Both the position numbers and the translations under genes were made by a program. Shown here piece by piece: positions 1 to 9,007 of a stretch of 64,000 nucleotides of DNA (positions within the stretch are counted from its first letter, which is position 1; the number at the start of each line of letters is the position of its first letter). The stretch is from an uncultured Candidatus Saccharibacteria bacterium (GTDB taxonomy: Bacteria > Patescibacteriota > Minisyncoccia > Phycocordibacterales > UBA918). Location: positions 399,939 through 463,938 of the forward strand of contig CAYGJY010000001.1 of NCBI GenBank assembly GCA_964350645.1, read 5' to 3'. Under the pieces are notes generated by a model, which was not told the origin of the DNA, ran no database searches, and saw only the letters and a list, made by a program, of their open reading frames with translations.

Positions 1-1071
1 GTTGCCTGCCTCGTCAAATGCTTCAATAATCACCGTATGATACCCTGGCTCTAGTTCAGGCAAAGCTATCGTACTGCTGCCAGTTTCATCAATATATTCG
101 TACGGCTCATCACCATCAATTTTTACTGTAAAACGCTTTACTTCTGAAGTTTTATCGACAATAGTCAGCTGCAGAATTTGAGACGGATTAGACAAATCAG
201 CCCCTTCTACTAAAGCAATGTCAAATTTTTCAGGTTTACCAGTGTCAACCGCTAAGCGATAGTGTGTAATAGTGCCCCAACCATCTTCATTTTTAAATTG
301 AATGTGAAAATAAGAAATACCTTCATCAAGATCAGAAATTTCGATTTCAGAAATTGGTGTTTCGTACACTTTAGTCGGCACCGAACTTGGGCTACTACTC
401 AAAAGTGTTCGCACCGCAGTTACTCCAGCTGGTAGAGTCCAGTTGAGCGTGGCGGTCGTTTCTCGTGACCAGCCAGCCGGATCAGGGTGAGATTGTGAGG
501 TAATCTTGGGTGCGGAAGGAGTATTGGCAGGCGGAACATATTCAATCACCTCAGGTGCTGCTGGCACTTCTGCAGCAGCGATAGTGAATGCGGCACTCCC
601 CATACTTGAAAGGACATTGGTGCCACGACCATCAGCTGCAAGTGCTGAACCGCTAGAGAAAGACACTTTTGCATTACCAGCACTGACAGCTCGAAACGAT
701 ACATTCATAATGCCACCAGCTGATCCAGTGTAGCCAGCTGGTGAACCCCCACCAAAAGTGATCTTTCCTGAGGCATTAGAGAAGGTCGGTTCAACGGTCC
801 AGAGATTAAAAATTGTACCCTTTGAAATACCGACAACCTGCAATTTCTGGGGGTCATATGTCAAACTACCCTCTGCGGCATTAACAGGTTGACCTGCAGT
901 ATTGAGTCGAACTTGCACTGAAAAGGTACTGCCCACAGTTTGTACACCAGTTTGAGGACTAACTGAAAGTGTTGCAGCATCTGCAACTGACGCAACAAAA
1001 AGTACCAAGCCAGCCGCTAACACGAACAACACTTGGCAGAGTATATATCGACTGTTATTAGATGTACGCAC
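1..1071 (-). CDS. Secreted cohesin-domain protein with downstream Ig-like domains (3' end runs off the window; not in the ORF track)
   Basis: Manual translation from GTG at 1071 stays open to base 1: MRTSNN..LVLFVASVADA|ATLSVSPQTG..FSVQVRLNTAGQPVNAAEGSLTYDPQKLQVVGISKG..LWTVEPTFSNASGKITFGGGSP..ALAADGRGTNVL..IEAFDEAGN. Clear paralog of 32068..33597. Confidence 0.85.
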   Translation of the reverse strand, partial: MRTSNNSRYILCQVLFVLAAGLVLFVASVADAATLSVSPQTGVQTVGSTFSVQVRLNTAGQPVNAAEGSLTYDPQKLQVVGISKGTIFNLWTVEPTFSNASGKITFGGGSPAGYTGSAGGIMNVSFRAVSAGNAKVSFSSGSALAADGRGTNVLSSMGSAAFTIAAAEVPAAPEVIEYVPPANTPSAPKITSQSHPDPAGWSRETTATLNWTLPAGVTAVRTLLSSSPSSVPTKVYETPISEIEISDLDEGISYFHIQFKNEDGWGTITHYRLAVDTGKPEKFDIALVEGADLSNPSQILQLTIVDKTSEVKRFTVKIDGDEPYEYIDETGSSTIALPELEPGYHTVIIEAFDEAGN

Positions 1072-1075
1072 TAAA

Positions 1076-2140
1076 TTATTCTTCATCATACTCATCTATT
1101 AGCTCAACTGCTTCAATTGTGGTACTAGCTCGTTTTCGGATTCGGCGACGGAGGAACCACACGATTAAACCAAGTAACCCAAGTAGCAATACAATCGACA
1201 GAGTTAAGATAGCTGCGAAAGTTATTTGATCAGCCATACTCTTAGTCCGAAGTGATTCGTCTGGTACCAACGTAGCAACGTATTGATTACCGGCTTTATC
1301 GAAAGCACGAACTCGGATAGTACTATTAAGTGACTGATCTTTGAGTAGGTACGGACTACGAGCAGTGATCCACGGTGTATCGGTACCTCCCCAGGCAAAA
1401 AGATTTAATTGTTCCAATGGTTCTTCAATAATTTCATAATGATCAATCCCTGATTGTTTATCAGAAGTATTGAAAACTACGTAGTAGCGGCCAGCATAAA
1501 TTGAGCGATCCGAATTCAAAGAAATTGTAAATGGATTTGGTGGTGCAGTATCATCACTGATTCGCTCCTGCCATTCGTCGTTCACAGAACCAGTTGGGCG
1601 CGTGTTGACAAGAATATTAGCCTCAATGGTGCGTAATTGTGCCGGAGTGCCAGCTCCATCATTTAGAAGCACAGCTGTTTCTGAAGAAAATGCAATTTGA
1701 GCGACTGGATCAACATCCTGTGCTCCAATGCGCAGGCCTGGAGCTTGAAAAATTATCTCGGCGATTGTATTCGTGAGTCGTGGATCACCTTCAATTCTCC
1801 CACAGTAACCATTTGGAATTCCGCCGGCAAACGTTATGCGCTGATTTTTTTTATCGATAACTGGTTCCTCAACCCAGACTGGAAAAATAGATGCTCCGAG
1901 CGAGATATCTACTGGTGAAATGTTTTCCGGGTACGTAATCACACCATCAATAGCATTGATGCATTCACCATCATCTGTATCAATTCTAACTGCTACTGCA
2001 ATGGTATCGCCAGGATCGATTTCTGCCTCGCGTGGATCAAGATACAGCGTGGCAGCTTCAACAGAAGTAGTCAGGGTAACAAAAAATACAAGTAAAATGC
2101 CCGAAATTAGAACTCTCATTGCTTTAAGTATATCAACCAA
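1076..2140 (-). CDS. Cohesin-domain membrane-anchored surface protein
   Basis: Signal peptide (..SVEA|ATLYLDP), cohesin-like VAVRIDT..INAIDGVITYP..ITFAGGIPNG..VLLNDGAGT, an Ig domain (DKQSGIDHYE, VRAFDKAGN), then a C-terminal TM helix and RRRIRKR. Confidence 0.8.
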   Translation of the reverse strand: MVDILKAMRVLISGILLVFFVTLTTSVEAATLYLDPREAEIDPGDTIAVAVRIDTDDGECINAIDGVITYPENISPVDISLGASIFPVWVEEPVIDKKNQRITFAGGIPNGYCGRIEGDPRLTNTIAEIIFQAPGLRIGAQDVDPVAQIAFSSETAVLLNDGAGTPAQLRTIEANILVNTRPTGSVNDEWQERISDDTAPPNPFTISLNSDRSIYAGRYYVVFNTSDKQSGIDHYEIIEEPLEQLNLFAWGGTDTPWITARSPYLLKDQSLNSTIRVRAFDKAGNQYVATLVPDESLRTKSMADQITFAAILTLSIVLLLGLLGLIVWFLRRRIRKRASTTIEAVELIDEYDEE

Positions 2141-2185
2141 TGTGACAAAAAAAATGATCAGCTTGTGTATACAAAATTAATAGAA

Positions 2186-2223
2186 ACGAAAAACCCCTCT
2201 CGTGGTGGGAGATAGGGCTTTCG
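2186..2223 (-). terminator. Probable intrinsic terminator after the 2246..3403 gene
   Basis: Imperfect GC stem on the minus strand (AAGCCCTATCTC..GAGAGGGGTT) followed by a T-rich tract. Confidence 0.5.
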
Positions 2224-2245
2224 CGTACTCTAAGCTGTTTGTAAT

Positions 2246-3403
2246 TTAGAACGTAGGCGTTGCTACGTAGGTGAGTGTGGCTTCGTAGTCATCACCAGCT
2301 TCTTGCAAAGCGGTAATTTGTACCTTATAGCCAACATCTGCAACTCCAACTCCGTTTCCAGAGGTAATTCCAGCTGCTGGACCATTGTGGGCCATCACTA
2401 CTCGTGGGCTCGTACTGGCTGCGATCCAGGTATCAGAAGCAAAATCTGCAGTCCGAACACCATTGGTGCTCGTGTCGCTTGATGTTACTCCCCAGTGACC
2501 ATAGGTCTCATCAAAACCAATCGTTGCCGCTGGCGCCGCCCAAGCGCCTGGTGTATCGGTCTCAACTCCATTGTTGAAGAGATCGATATCTGCTCCAGTT
2601 GAAGACAATAACGTATCATCAACTTGTACTGTGACAACATACCCTTGCTTAGCGTTTGTGTTTACTACAAGCCGCTGTGCGGACGTTGTAGCGTTGTCAC
2701 CTCCGGCTAGAAGTGTACCAAACCTAATTTGAGTAGGTGTCGTTGTACCAGTTGTAGTGGTACCGTTAACTGTTTGTCCTCCTCCAAGACCAAGCACTGA
2801 GAATTCGAATTGAGTGTCAATACTAGCGCTGACTAGAACATTTTCTAGAATCATTACTCGTGTTGCACCAATATCTCCTTCTGAAGTAGCAATATTGATC
2901 TCGTAAGAACTGGTTGCTGGGTTAACAATTTGACCGTTCCCCGTTCCACCAAAGGTGGCGTTGGTACCGATTTCAACTGTGACGGTTGTACCCGTTGCAA
3001 TTGTTTCTGTACCACTGGTGAAGACAATGCCAAATGTTGAGGTTGAAACCCCCCAGGTGGCTCCTGACGGTGAATCTGCAAGTGCATAATCAGTCGTCGT
3101 AGCTAAGTCGATATCGCCTGCGTCAATGTTTGACAAGTCGAAATCTGACGTGCCATCTGGGAAAGTAATTGTAATGGTGTCACCATTACTGACTGGTGTC
3201 CCTTCATCTGGGATCGTGAAAGTGATCGTATGATTGGACACCACATCCGGTGCTGAGTCAGAAAGTACATCACTGACTTCAGTTAGACTTGCAGCTTCCG
3301 AAAAACGGAGTGACGGCAAGCCAAGAGACCATAATAGGACTGCAAGGCCAGCAATCGCTGCAACAGCTTGGAGTACTCCGACGGATTTTTCCGATCGAAA
3401 CAT
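2246..3403 (-). CDS. Secreted two-domain WxL/pilin-subunit-like protein (N-terminal 'SNH' domain plus C-terminal ..YEATLTYVATPTF domain)
   Basis: Signal peptide; D..SDS....SNHTITF domain; C-terminal beta-sandwich with LVVNTNAKQGYVVT and a terminal GDDYEATLTY strand resembling WxL/Csu C-termini. Paralog of 43420..44568. Confidence 0.6.
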   Translation of the reverse strand: MFRSEKSVGVLQAVAAIAGLAVLLWSLGLPSLRFSEAASLTEVSDVLSDSAPDVVSNHTITFTIPDEGTPVSNGDTITITFPDGTSDFDLSNIDAGDIDLATTTDYALADSPSGATWGVSTSTFGIVFTSGTETIATGTTVTVEIGTNATFGGTGNGQIVNPATSSYEINIATSEGDIGATRVMILENVLVSASIDTQFEFSVLGLGGGQTVNGTTTTGTTTPTQIRFGTLLAGGDNATTSAQRLVVNTNAKQGYVVTVQVDDTLLSSTGADIDLFNNGVETDTPGAWAAPAATIGFDETYGHWGVTSSDTSTNGVRTADFASDTWIAASTSPRVVMAHNGPAAGITSGNGVGVADVGYKVQITALQEAGDDYEATLTYVATPTF

Positions 3404-3683
3404 ACTCTACGTTGATTGTTAGCTTACACCCCTTCGCAAAAGCACCAAGCTGTTAGTGCCTTACAAAGCTCGACTGTGGTAGTCGACACTACGCAAGTTC
3501 TCCACCCCTCACGTATGTAAAAGTGATGTAAACATATCTGCATGCATAACACCTGGCTGCTGGTGCCCGCGCGCAAGCGCACGTAATAACTAATTGTTAC
3601 CTTGTACAGCAGATACTAGTACATTGTAGCTCGGGTCATTTTCATTACAGAATTTTTGCTGGGGAAAACAATATTTTAGCGCA

Positions 3684-4802
3684 CTAACCAGTCCAGTTGA
3701 AAAGCAAAATTGAGAAGTCTTCAATACCAACATTACCGTTACCGTTGATGTCTGCCGGCGGATTTGAATCACCACCTGGAGTTTGCCACCAAAACAACAA
3801 AATTGAAAAGTCGATCAGATCTACTTCCCCGTCACGATTAAGATCTGACGGGGTTGTGGCTCGCCCTTCTACTCCTACAAACAATGTGAGAGCTGTACTG
3901 AAGCTGCTCTCAGTTGTTAGTGCACCGGTACCCTGGACATACCGAGCTTTAGCAATATACTCCGCTGGACGTAAATCTGACGTCGAATAAGCAATTCCCC
4001 ATGTCCCGTTAGCCGCAGCGTCAAGTCTCGCAGCAACGTCATTGTTGATATACAACTGTACCTGACTGTTAGGGGCAGCCTGACCACTGAAGACAATAGT
4101 ATCACCTGGGTTAATTTCAACATTATCAGCTGCAATTGTTGGTGGCAATAATAACCCTCGCAGATTTGTTACGGCTCCTTGGGTAACATCGAAAGTAGTG
4201 TTGTAGGTGATTGAGCGTACTCCATTAACATCTGTGGACCAAAACCCCATTGTAGCGGCTCCTGGGGACGTCTCAATTGAAAATTCAAACTCTCCTCGAC
4301 TGTTAGCATTCACTCGACCAACCGCTTCTGCATCAAGAATAATATTAACTTGACGATTGGGATACGCGATACCTTCGACACTGATAGATGTGTCGCCAAA
4401 GTCAACGCTACTACCACCTCCACCCCCTGAACCACCTCCCGATGATCCTCCCCCGCCAGACCCAGCTGGTTCAATCGTACAGTCAGCCCCACAAAAATCA
4501 CCATCTTCATTGTTGCCGTCATCACATTGCTCACTAAAAATTGTTTGCAAAATACCATCACCACAATACGGTCCATACGAACAAATTGGAGTGCATTGTC
4601 TACCAACAATAGTTGTACTGTATACACCAGTTTCACCTGGTACATCACATTCTTCTCCAGTCTCTACTAGTGAATTTCCACAGTTAGTCACTTGTAGTGA
4701 CGTAGAAGCTACGCTCATTGTTTGAGCGTTAGAAAAATGACTTGGATGTGCCACACCAAGTAATACCAGTACGACACTGAAAACTAGTACAAACAATTTC
4801 AT
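3684..4802 (-). CDS. Secreted dockerin protein: Cys-rich (DUF4215/myxococcal-type) repeats, Gly/Ser linker, two Ig-like domains, C-terminal dockerin
   Basis: CGNSLVETGEECD and CGDGILQ..EQCDDGNNEDGDFC repeats; duplicated Ca-binding loops DLNRDGEVDLIDFSILL and DINGNGNVGIEDFSILL at the C-terminus. Confidence 0.85.
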   Translation of the reverse strand: MKLFVLVFSVVLVLLGVAHPSHFSNAQTMSVASTSLQVTNCGNSLVETGEECDVPGETGVYSTTIVGRQCTPICSYGPYCGDGILQTIFSEQCDDGNNEDGDFCGADCTIEPAGSGGGGSSGGGSGGGGGSSVDFGDTSISVEGIAYPNRQVNIILDAEAVGRVNANSRGEFEFSIETSPGAATMGFWSTDVNGVRSITYNTTFDVTQGAVTNLRGLLLPPTIAADNVEINPGDTIVFSGQAAPNSQVQLYINNDVAARLDAAANGTWGIAYSTSDLRPAEYIAKARYVQGTGALTTESSFSTALTLFVGVEGRATTPSDLNRDGEVDLIDFSILLFWWQTPGGDSNPPADINGNGNVGIEDFSILLFNWTG

Positions 4803-4805
4803 AGC

Positions 4806-5744
4806 TTATACCTTACGTTTTTTGCGGCGCTGAGAGTAGAGTAATGAGGCTGTGATAAGGAAAATTGTTAGCAATGGCAAGATAATAGAGATCATGTGTG
4901 GTAATGATAAGCCAAGAAGACCATACCCAGCAGTCTGCAGTGTTCCGTACGGGACAATATTTAGAGTTACTTCCCCTTCCTGTTTCAGCTCTTCTTGATT
5001 ATAGATTTCATAACGAGCTAAATAACTCCCCGATGGTAATCTAGTCGGCAGCTCAGAAAGCACATCTTCAGTCCCAAATGGATCGACTTTTTTAATTCTA
5101 TTTGTGTGTTCAGTCTCTTCAAGCAGAATGGTTCCCGTTTGATCATAAATTTTAAAAACCACTTTTGATGGTGCCACTGGTACATTACCGATATTTTCGA
5201 TTAACATCTTGAACCGAATCTTTCCAGGGAAGTATAACCAAGCAAATTTATGTCCTTCATTTAGATCACCAATGTTAATTCGTCGCACACGGAAATCTAA
5301 AATTTCTTTGTCAATAACATTGAGACTAATATCAACCTGTGCCCCAAGCGAAATACTCACAGAACCACTTCCATTTCCATCGTCTGCTGGACCAGTCTTA
5401 ATACGTAGTTTCCCCTTATAGTTTTTGAACTCAGCATCGTCAGGAATTTTAACCCGCACTGTCATTGGCACCTTCTGTTCACCTGCAGGGAGTAAAAAGG
5501 TATCGCCTTCGATAATTTCGATCCAATCTGATACTTCGGGCGCATCTATACTAATCGTTGCCTTAAGAGCCTTATTAGGATCACTACGTACAAGCAAAAT
5601 TTGTTGCTCATAAACTGAGTTTCTCGTTAGGCTAGTATTTTGAAAATATGGCGGCGTTACACCAAAACCTGCGTGTGCCATTGGAGCACTCAAAATCTGC
5701 AGGATGCATACAAAAAATAAAGGTACTAGTAATTTCCTTACCAT
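4806..5744 (-). CDS. DUF916/DUF3324-like (WxL-interacting, chaperone-like) membrane protein
   Basis: Likely start ATG 5744 (MVRKLLVPLFF signal peptide); GFGVTPP, W..LLPAGEQKVP.TV.VKIP..A...YKG, ENIGNV motif, C-terminal TM helix and RRKKRK. The longer ORF-track start overlaps the upstream gene. Confidence 0.6.
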   Translation of the reverse strand: MVRKLLVPLFFVCILQILSAPMAHAGFGVTPPYFQNTSLTRNSVYEQQILLVRSDPNKALKATISIDAPEVSDWIEIIEGDTFLLPAGEQKVPMTVRVKIPDDAEFKNYKGKLRIKTGPADDGNGSGSVSISLGAQVDISLNVIDKEILDFRVRRINIGDLNEGHKFAWLYFPGKIRFKMLIENIGNVPVAPSKVVFKIYDQTGTILLEETEHTNRIKKVDPFGTEDVLSELPTRLPSGSYLARYEIYNQEELKQEGEVTLNIVPYGTLQTAGYGLLGLSLPHMISIILPLLTIFLITASLLYSQRRKKRKV

Positions 5745-5856
5745 GAAAAAGAATGCGCGAGTCGCTGGTTTATTATCGAAGAAAAGTGACAAAAACGCAA
5801 CAGCCACTGCTTTATAACAGTGGCATAAGTTGCATTGACAAATTTGAAGTGAGGGT

Positions 5857-7719
5857 TTAATTACCCCACGTAGAGGTAGCACTGACTACTGCCGTAAAGA
5901 CGTTCTCACCGAAGTAGTTACCAGCAAAGGTAATCGTACCTGGGATTGCAATACCCCAGAAAGTATCGCGACTAGACGGAGTTGTAGTTGCTTGCGACTT
6001 TGGAATCAAAGACTCAAGAACCTGTGGTGTGGTTGAAGCATTGAGTGTAAAGCCAGAACCATAAGAGACTGCTGAAGTTGCGTACTGCTGCTGATCGACT
6101 GGAATAGTTGATGTGGATGATACTCGACATGGGCTACCTGGAACAAAGCTATTACACATTGACTCTCCGTACAGCTCTTGGTTTAAACCAGTGTTACCAG
6201 TAGTTTCTACAGTTGTAGAGGCATTTAGGTTTTGTGAATCGGTACCAGGTTCTAGCGGTCCATACGGGATTGATGTGTCGAGGAGGTTAAGAGCCAGCAA
6301 GCTATTAAGTTCAATGTTGGTGTTTGTACTTGGTACAAATTCACTACTGGCAGCATCATCATCGATACCTGAAACAGCGGCCAACCAACTCTCGTCGAAA
6401 TAGAATGCATTTACGTCAGTTGGATCAGCGATGTACCAAAGTGGGAACGTACAATCGAACTGTAATGTGGTATCGGTATCATCTGCTGCATACGTACAGC
6501 TAGTAGTAGAAGCAGTACATTCTAGATTCCACGTTGTTGTTGCTACCTGACTTGGATAACAATTATTGGCATTATACTCTCCTGCAGAATCACAAGAAGT
6601 AGTACCAACCCCAGACCGGAATACTGAAGCTGTATAATCAACAATTTCGTCATAGGTATTACCTCCAACTGCATCACAGCTATTAGCGTCCGTTACCTGG
6701 AAAGAAAGTAGGAAACCTGTTGTTTCTCCTCCCTCTGTAACAAGATCTATGTCTAGACCATCGTTTAGTATGATCTGAGCCCCAGTGATAGTAGGAGCGA
6801 CGTTATTGACAGTAAGAATAGAATCAGTACCTTGCGCAACTCCAATTGATGGATGCCCGTGATTGTCAACAATGAAACCATAAGCTGGGTAATCATCATC
6901 CTGCATCACAGCTCCTAGTTGGTAAGTTGCGGTTGCGTTTGTACTGACAGGAACTGTGGTTGATGCTAATTCAATACCATTACATCCTAATGAAGAAGTG
7001 GCGTTAAAGCTTGGTGTACTACAGACATATAAACTGACAGTGTCTTGCGTGCCGGTTGTGTCTGCGTCAGTTGAAGTGGCATAAAAGATTACTGTTGCGC
7101 CAGGATCAGCCGGTGAATCATCCCAATAACCAGTGAACGTTGGTCGATGATTTACGTTAAACGGTGAAGACGTAGAACCAGTTCCTTGCTGTGGAGTCAC
7201 GTTACAACGTGCGTTTGGCACTGAGTCACAAACCCAAGCGTACCAATCATTTTCTTCGGCAAATGCTTCAGTTGTTGTAGTGGCTGCCGTTGCTTGTGCG
7301 CCCGTGGTAGTGAGTCCTGAAACTGCCCATAGTACATCAGTGCCTCCACAGGTTGGTGGACCTCCGTTAACGGCAGTTGGTGTTGCGTTACCGTCACAGA
7401 TGAGCAGATAATAATCTTCAAGACTTGGGTCAGATGCTACTGCTGTCCAGGTCATGACGTCACCGGAGTTTGTCGGACTTGAGGTTGAAGACTCTGGTGA
7501 CTCAAAAGGACCAGTATCAAAAGATGGTGGTGTGTTAAGTACCGTGACTGTTGTCTGGGCTGTGCTCGAACTTTGCGCGATCGCTTGCTTGAATTCTTTG
7601 GCACCGATGTTTAACAAGAAGATAAACGTAAACACTAGTACTCCAGCAAAAGCGCTAAGAATAGAAATCTTTCCGGCTGTTTGAATATAGGTTTGAAACT
7701 GCTCTTTGTTGTACGACAT
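5857..7719 (-). CDS. N-terminally anchored Cys-containing surface protein with a C-terminal 'WGIAIP' domain shared with the giant protein
   Basis: N-terminal TM helix, Ig-like repeats (VLNTPP, VNHRP, VNNVAP), and a C-terminal region that aligns by eye to the end of 11983..31959. Confidence 0.7.
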   Translation of the reverse strand: MSYNKEQFQTYIQTAGKISILSAFAGVLVFTFIFLLNIGAKEFKQAIAQSSSTAQTTVTVLNTPPSFDTGPFESPESSTSSPTNSGDVMTWTAVASDPSLEDYYLLICDGNATPTAVNGGPPTCGGTDVLWAVSGLTTTGAQATAATTTTEAFAEENDWYAWVCDSVPNARCNVTPQQGTGSTSSPFNVNHRPTFTGYWDDSPADPGATVIFYATSTDADTTGTQDTVSLYVCSTPSFNATSSLGCNGIELASTTVPVSTNATATYQLGAVMQDDDYPAYGFIVDNHGHPSIGVAQGTDSILTVNNVAPTITGAQIILNDGLDIDLVTEGGETTGFLLSFQVTDANSCDAVGGNTYDEIVDYTASVFRSGVGTTSCDSAGEYNANNCYPSQVATTTWNLECTASTTSCTYAADDTDTTLQFDCTFPLWYIADPTDVNAFYFDESWLAAVSGIDDDAASSEFVPSTNTNIELNSLLALNLLDTSIPYGPLEPGTDSQNLNASTTVETTGNTGLNQELYGESMCNSFVPGSPCRVSSTSTIPVDQQQYATSAVSYGSGFTLNASTTPQVLESLIPKSQATTTPSSRDTFWGIAIPGTITFAGNYFGENVFTAVVSATSTWGN

Positions 7720-7796
7720 ATCAATAAATTACTCTTAAGTAATTGTAACGGAAGTAAAAAAGTTTTTCAGTAGTTATACACAGGCTATACACAAGC

Positions 7797-9005
7797 TTAT
7801 TCGTACCTGATTGCATCAAGTGGATTAAGAGTCGACGCACGCTTAGCTGGGAAAATACCGGTTAGATACCCCACTACAGCCGAAAATAGTGCAATAAATG
7901 TGAGGAAGCCAAGTGGAAATGAGAACAATGAGACTGACTGTCCTCCAAATTGTCCCGCCACAATATTCAACATCAAGTTAATTGAAAGCCCTAATGTAAC
8001 CCCCATCACAATGCCGCTGATGCCCCCTAAAAAACCAACCACAATTGATTCTGAAACGAACAAATATTTAATATCAGTGGGAGCTGCGCCGATCGTACGC
8101 ATGATCCCAATCTCCTTAGTTCGTTCGAGGAGTGTCACTGTCATAGTGTTAAACATACCAATCGCTGACACGATTAAAGCGATGCCACCAAACGTACCCA
8201 GAACCGCTTGAACACCTTGAAAAATTTTTGATGCTTGTTCAACTGTCTTAGAGAGAGCCGTTACCCGATACCCTTCAGCGATCAGTTTCTCTTCTACCAA
8301 TGGTAGAGCTTCATTTGTTGCCACACGCACCTGAATTCTTTCGTACTCTTCAATACCAATGTGAGTTCGGAGCTCTGGAAGCATCATCAGCGCATTTAAC
8401 ACACCTTCTTCTTTAGTAATACCTTTAACGGTATATTCTTTATCGATGAAAATTTCATTGATGTTTTCGGTGCCATCATTGGCCGGTACCAGGATGCGAA
8501 ATTTTACCTTTTGGCCGACAAACTCTTCAGCATCTTCAATCCCAAAGAGCTTGAGTACCGCTGGAGAGAGCATAATACTCGTTGTATCACCTGCATCTTC
8601 ATCGACAAACACCTCCCCCACTTCGGCAGTTAAACCCGAATAACGCAAATACGGCGGCTCAGCTCCCTGAAGAAATACGTTACCGGTAAGACCTTTATAG
8701 GTGACCAAGGCCGGGAAACGAGCTAAGGGCGCTGCGTCTAAAATGTTTTCATCAAGCTCAAATAAGCGGACAGTATCATTGGTTAACTTCAAATTTTGTG
8801 CTCCAGTAGCAGAAACACCAAGCGAAAGCAAAGTTTCTCCAAAGACAATCTGTTCGAGAATAATTTGTTGCAACCCAAACCCAAGACCAACGAGCACCAC
8901 CACAGCACCAGTGCCAACACCCATACCAAGAATGGTTAGCCAGGTACGAAGTGGGTTAGTTTTGAAGTTTCGAGTCGACAAGCGAGCGAGATCTGATAGC
9001 AACAT
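7797..9005 (-). CDS. MacB/FtsX-family ABC transporter permease
   Basis: RTWLTILGMGVG; GMFNTM..LLERTKEIGIMRTIGA; PAKRASTLNPLDAIRYE. Confidence 0.92.
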   Translation of the reverse strand: MLLSDLARLSTRNFKTNPLRTWLTILGMGVGTGAVVVLVGLGFGLQQIILEQIVFGETLLSLGVSATGAQNLKLTNDTVRLFELDENILDAAPLARFPALVTYKGLTGNVFLQGAEPPYLRYSGLTAEVGEVFVDEDAGDTTSIMLSPAVLKLFGIEDAEEFVGQKVKFRILVPANDGTENINEIFIDKEYTVKGITKEEGVLNALMMLPELRTHIGIEEYERIQVRVATNEALPLVEEKLIAEGYRVTALSKTVEQASKIFQGVQAVLGTFGGIALIVSAIGMFNTMTVTLLERTKEIGIMRTIGAAPTDIKYLFVSESIVVGFLGGISGIVMGVTLGLSINLMLNIVAGQFGGQSVSLFSFPLGFLTFIALFSAVVGYLTGIFPAKRASTLNPLDAIRYE

Positions 9006-9007
9006 AT

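Noticed and set aside
7743-7769. Additional ECF promoter copy (TGAAAA..CGTT) upstream of the 620-aa gene
   Set aside because: The spacer is 3 nt shorter than in the four consistent copies, and a TACAAT housekeeping -10 explains the site.
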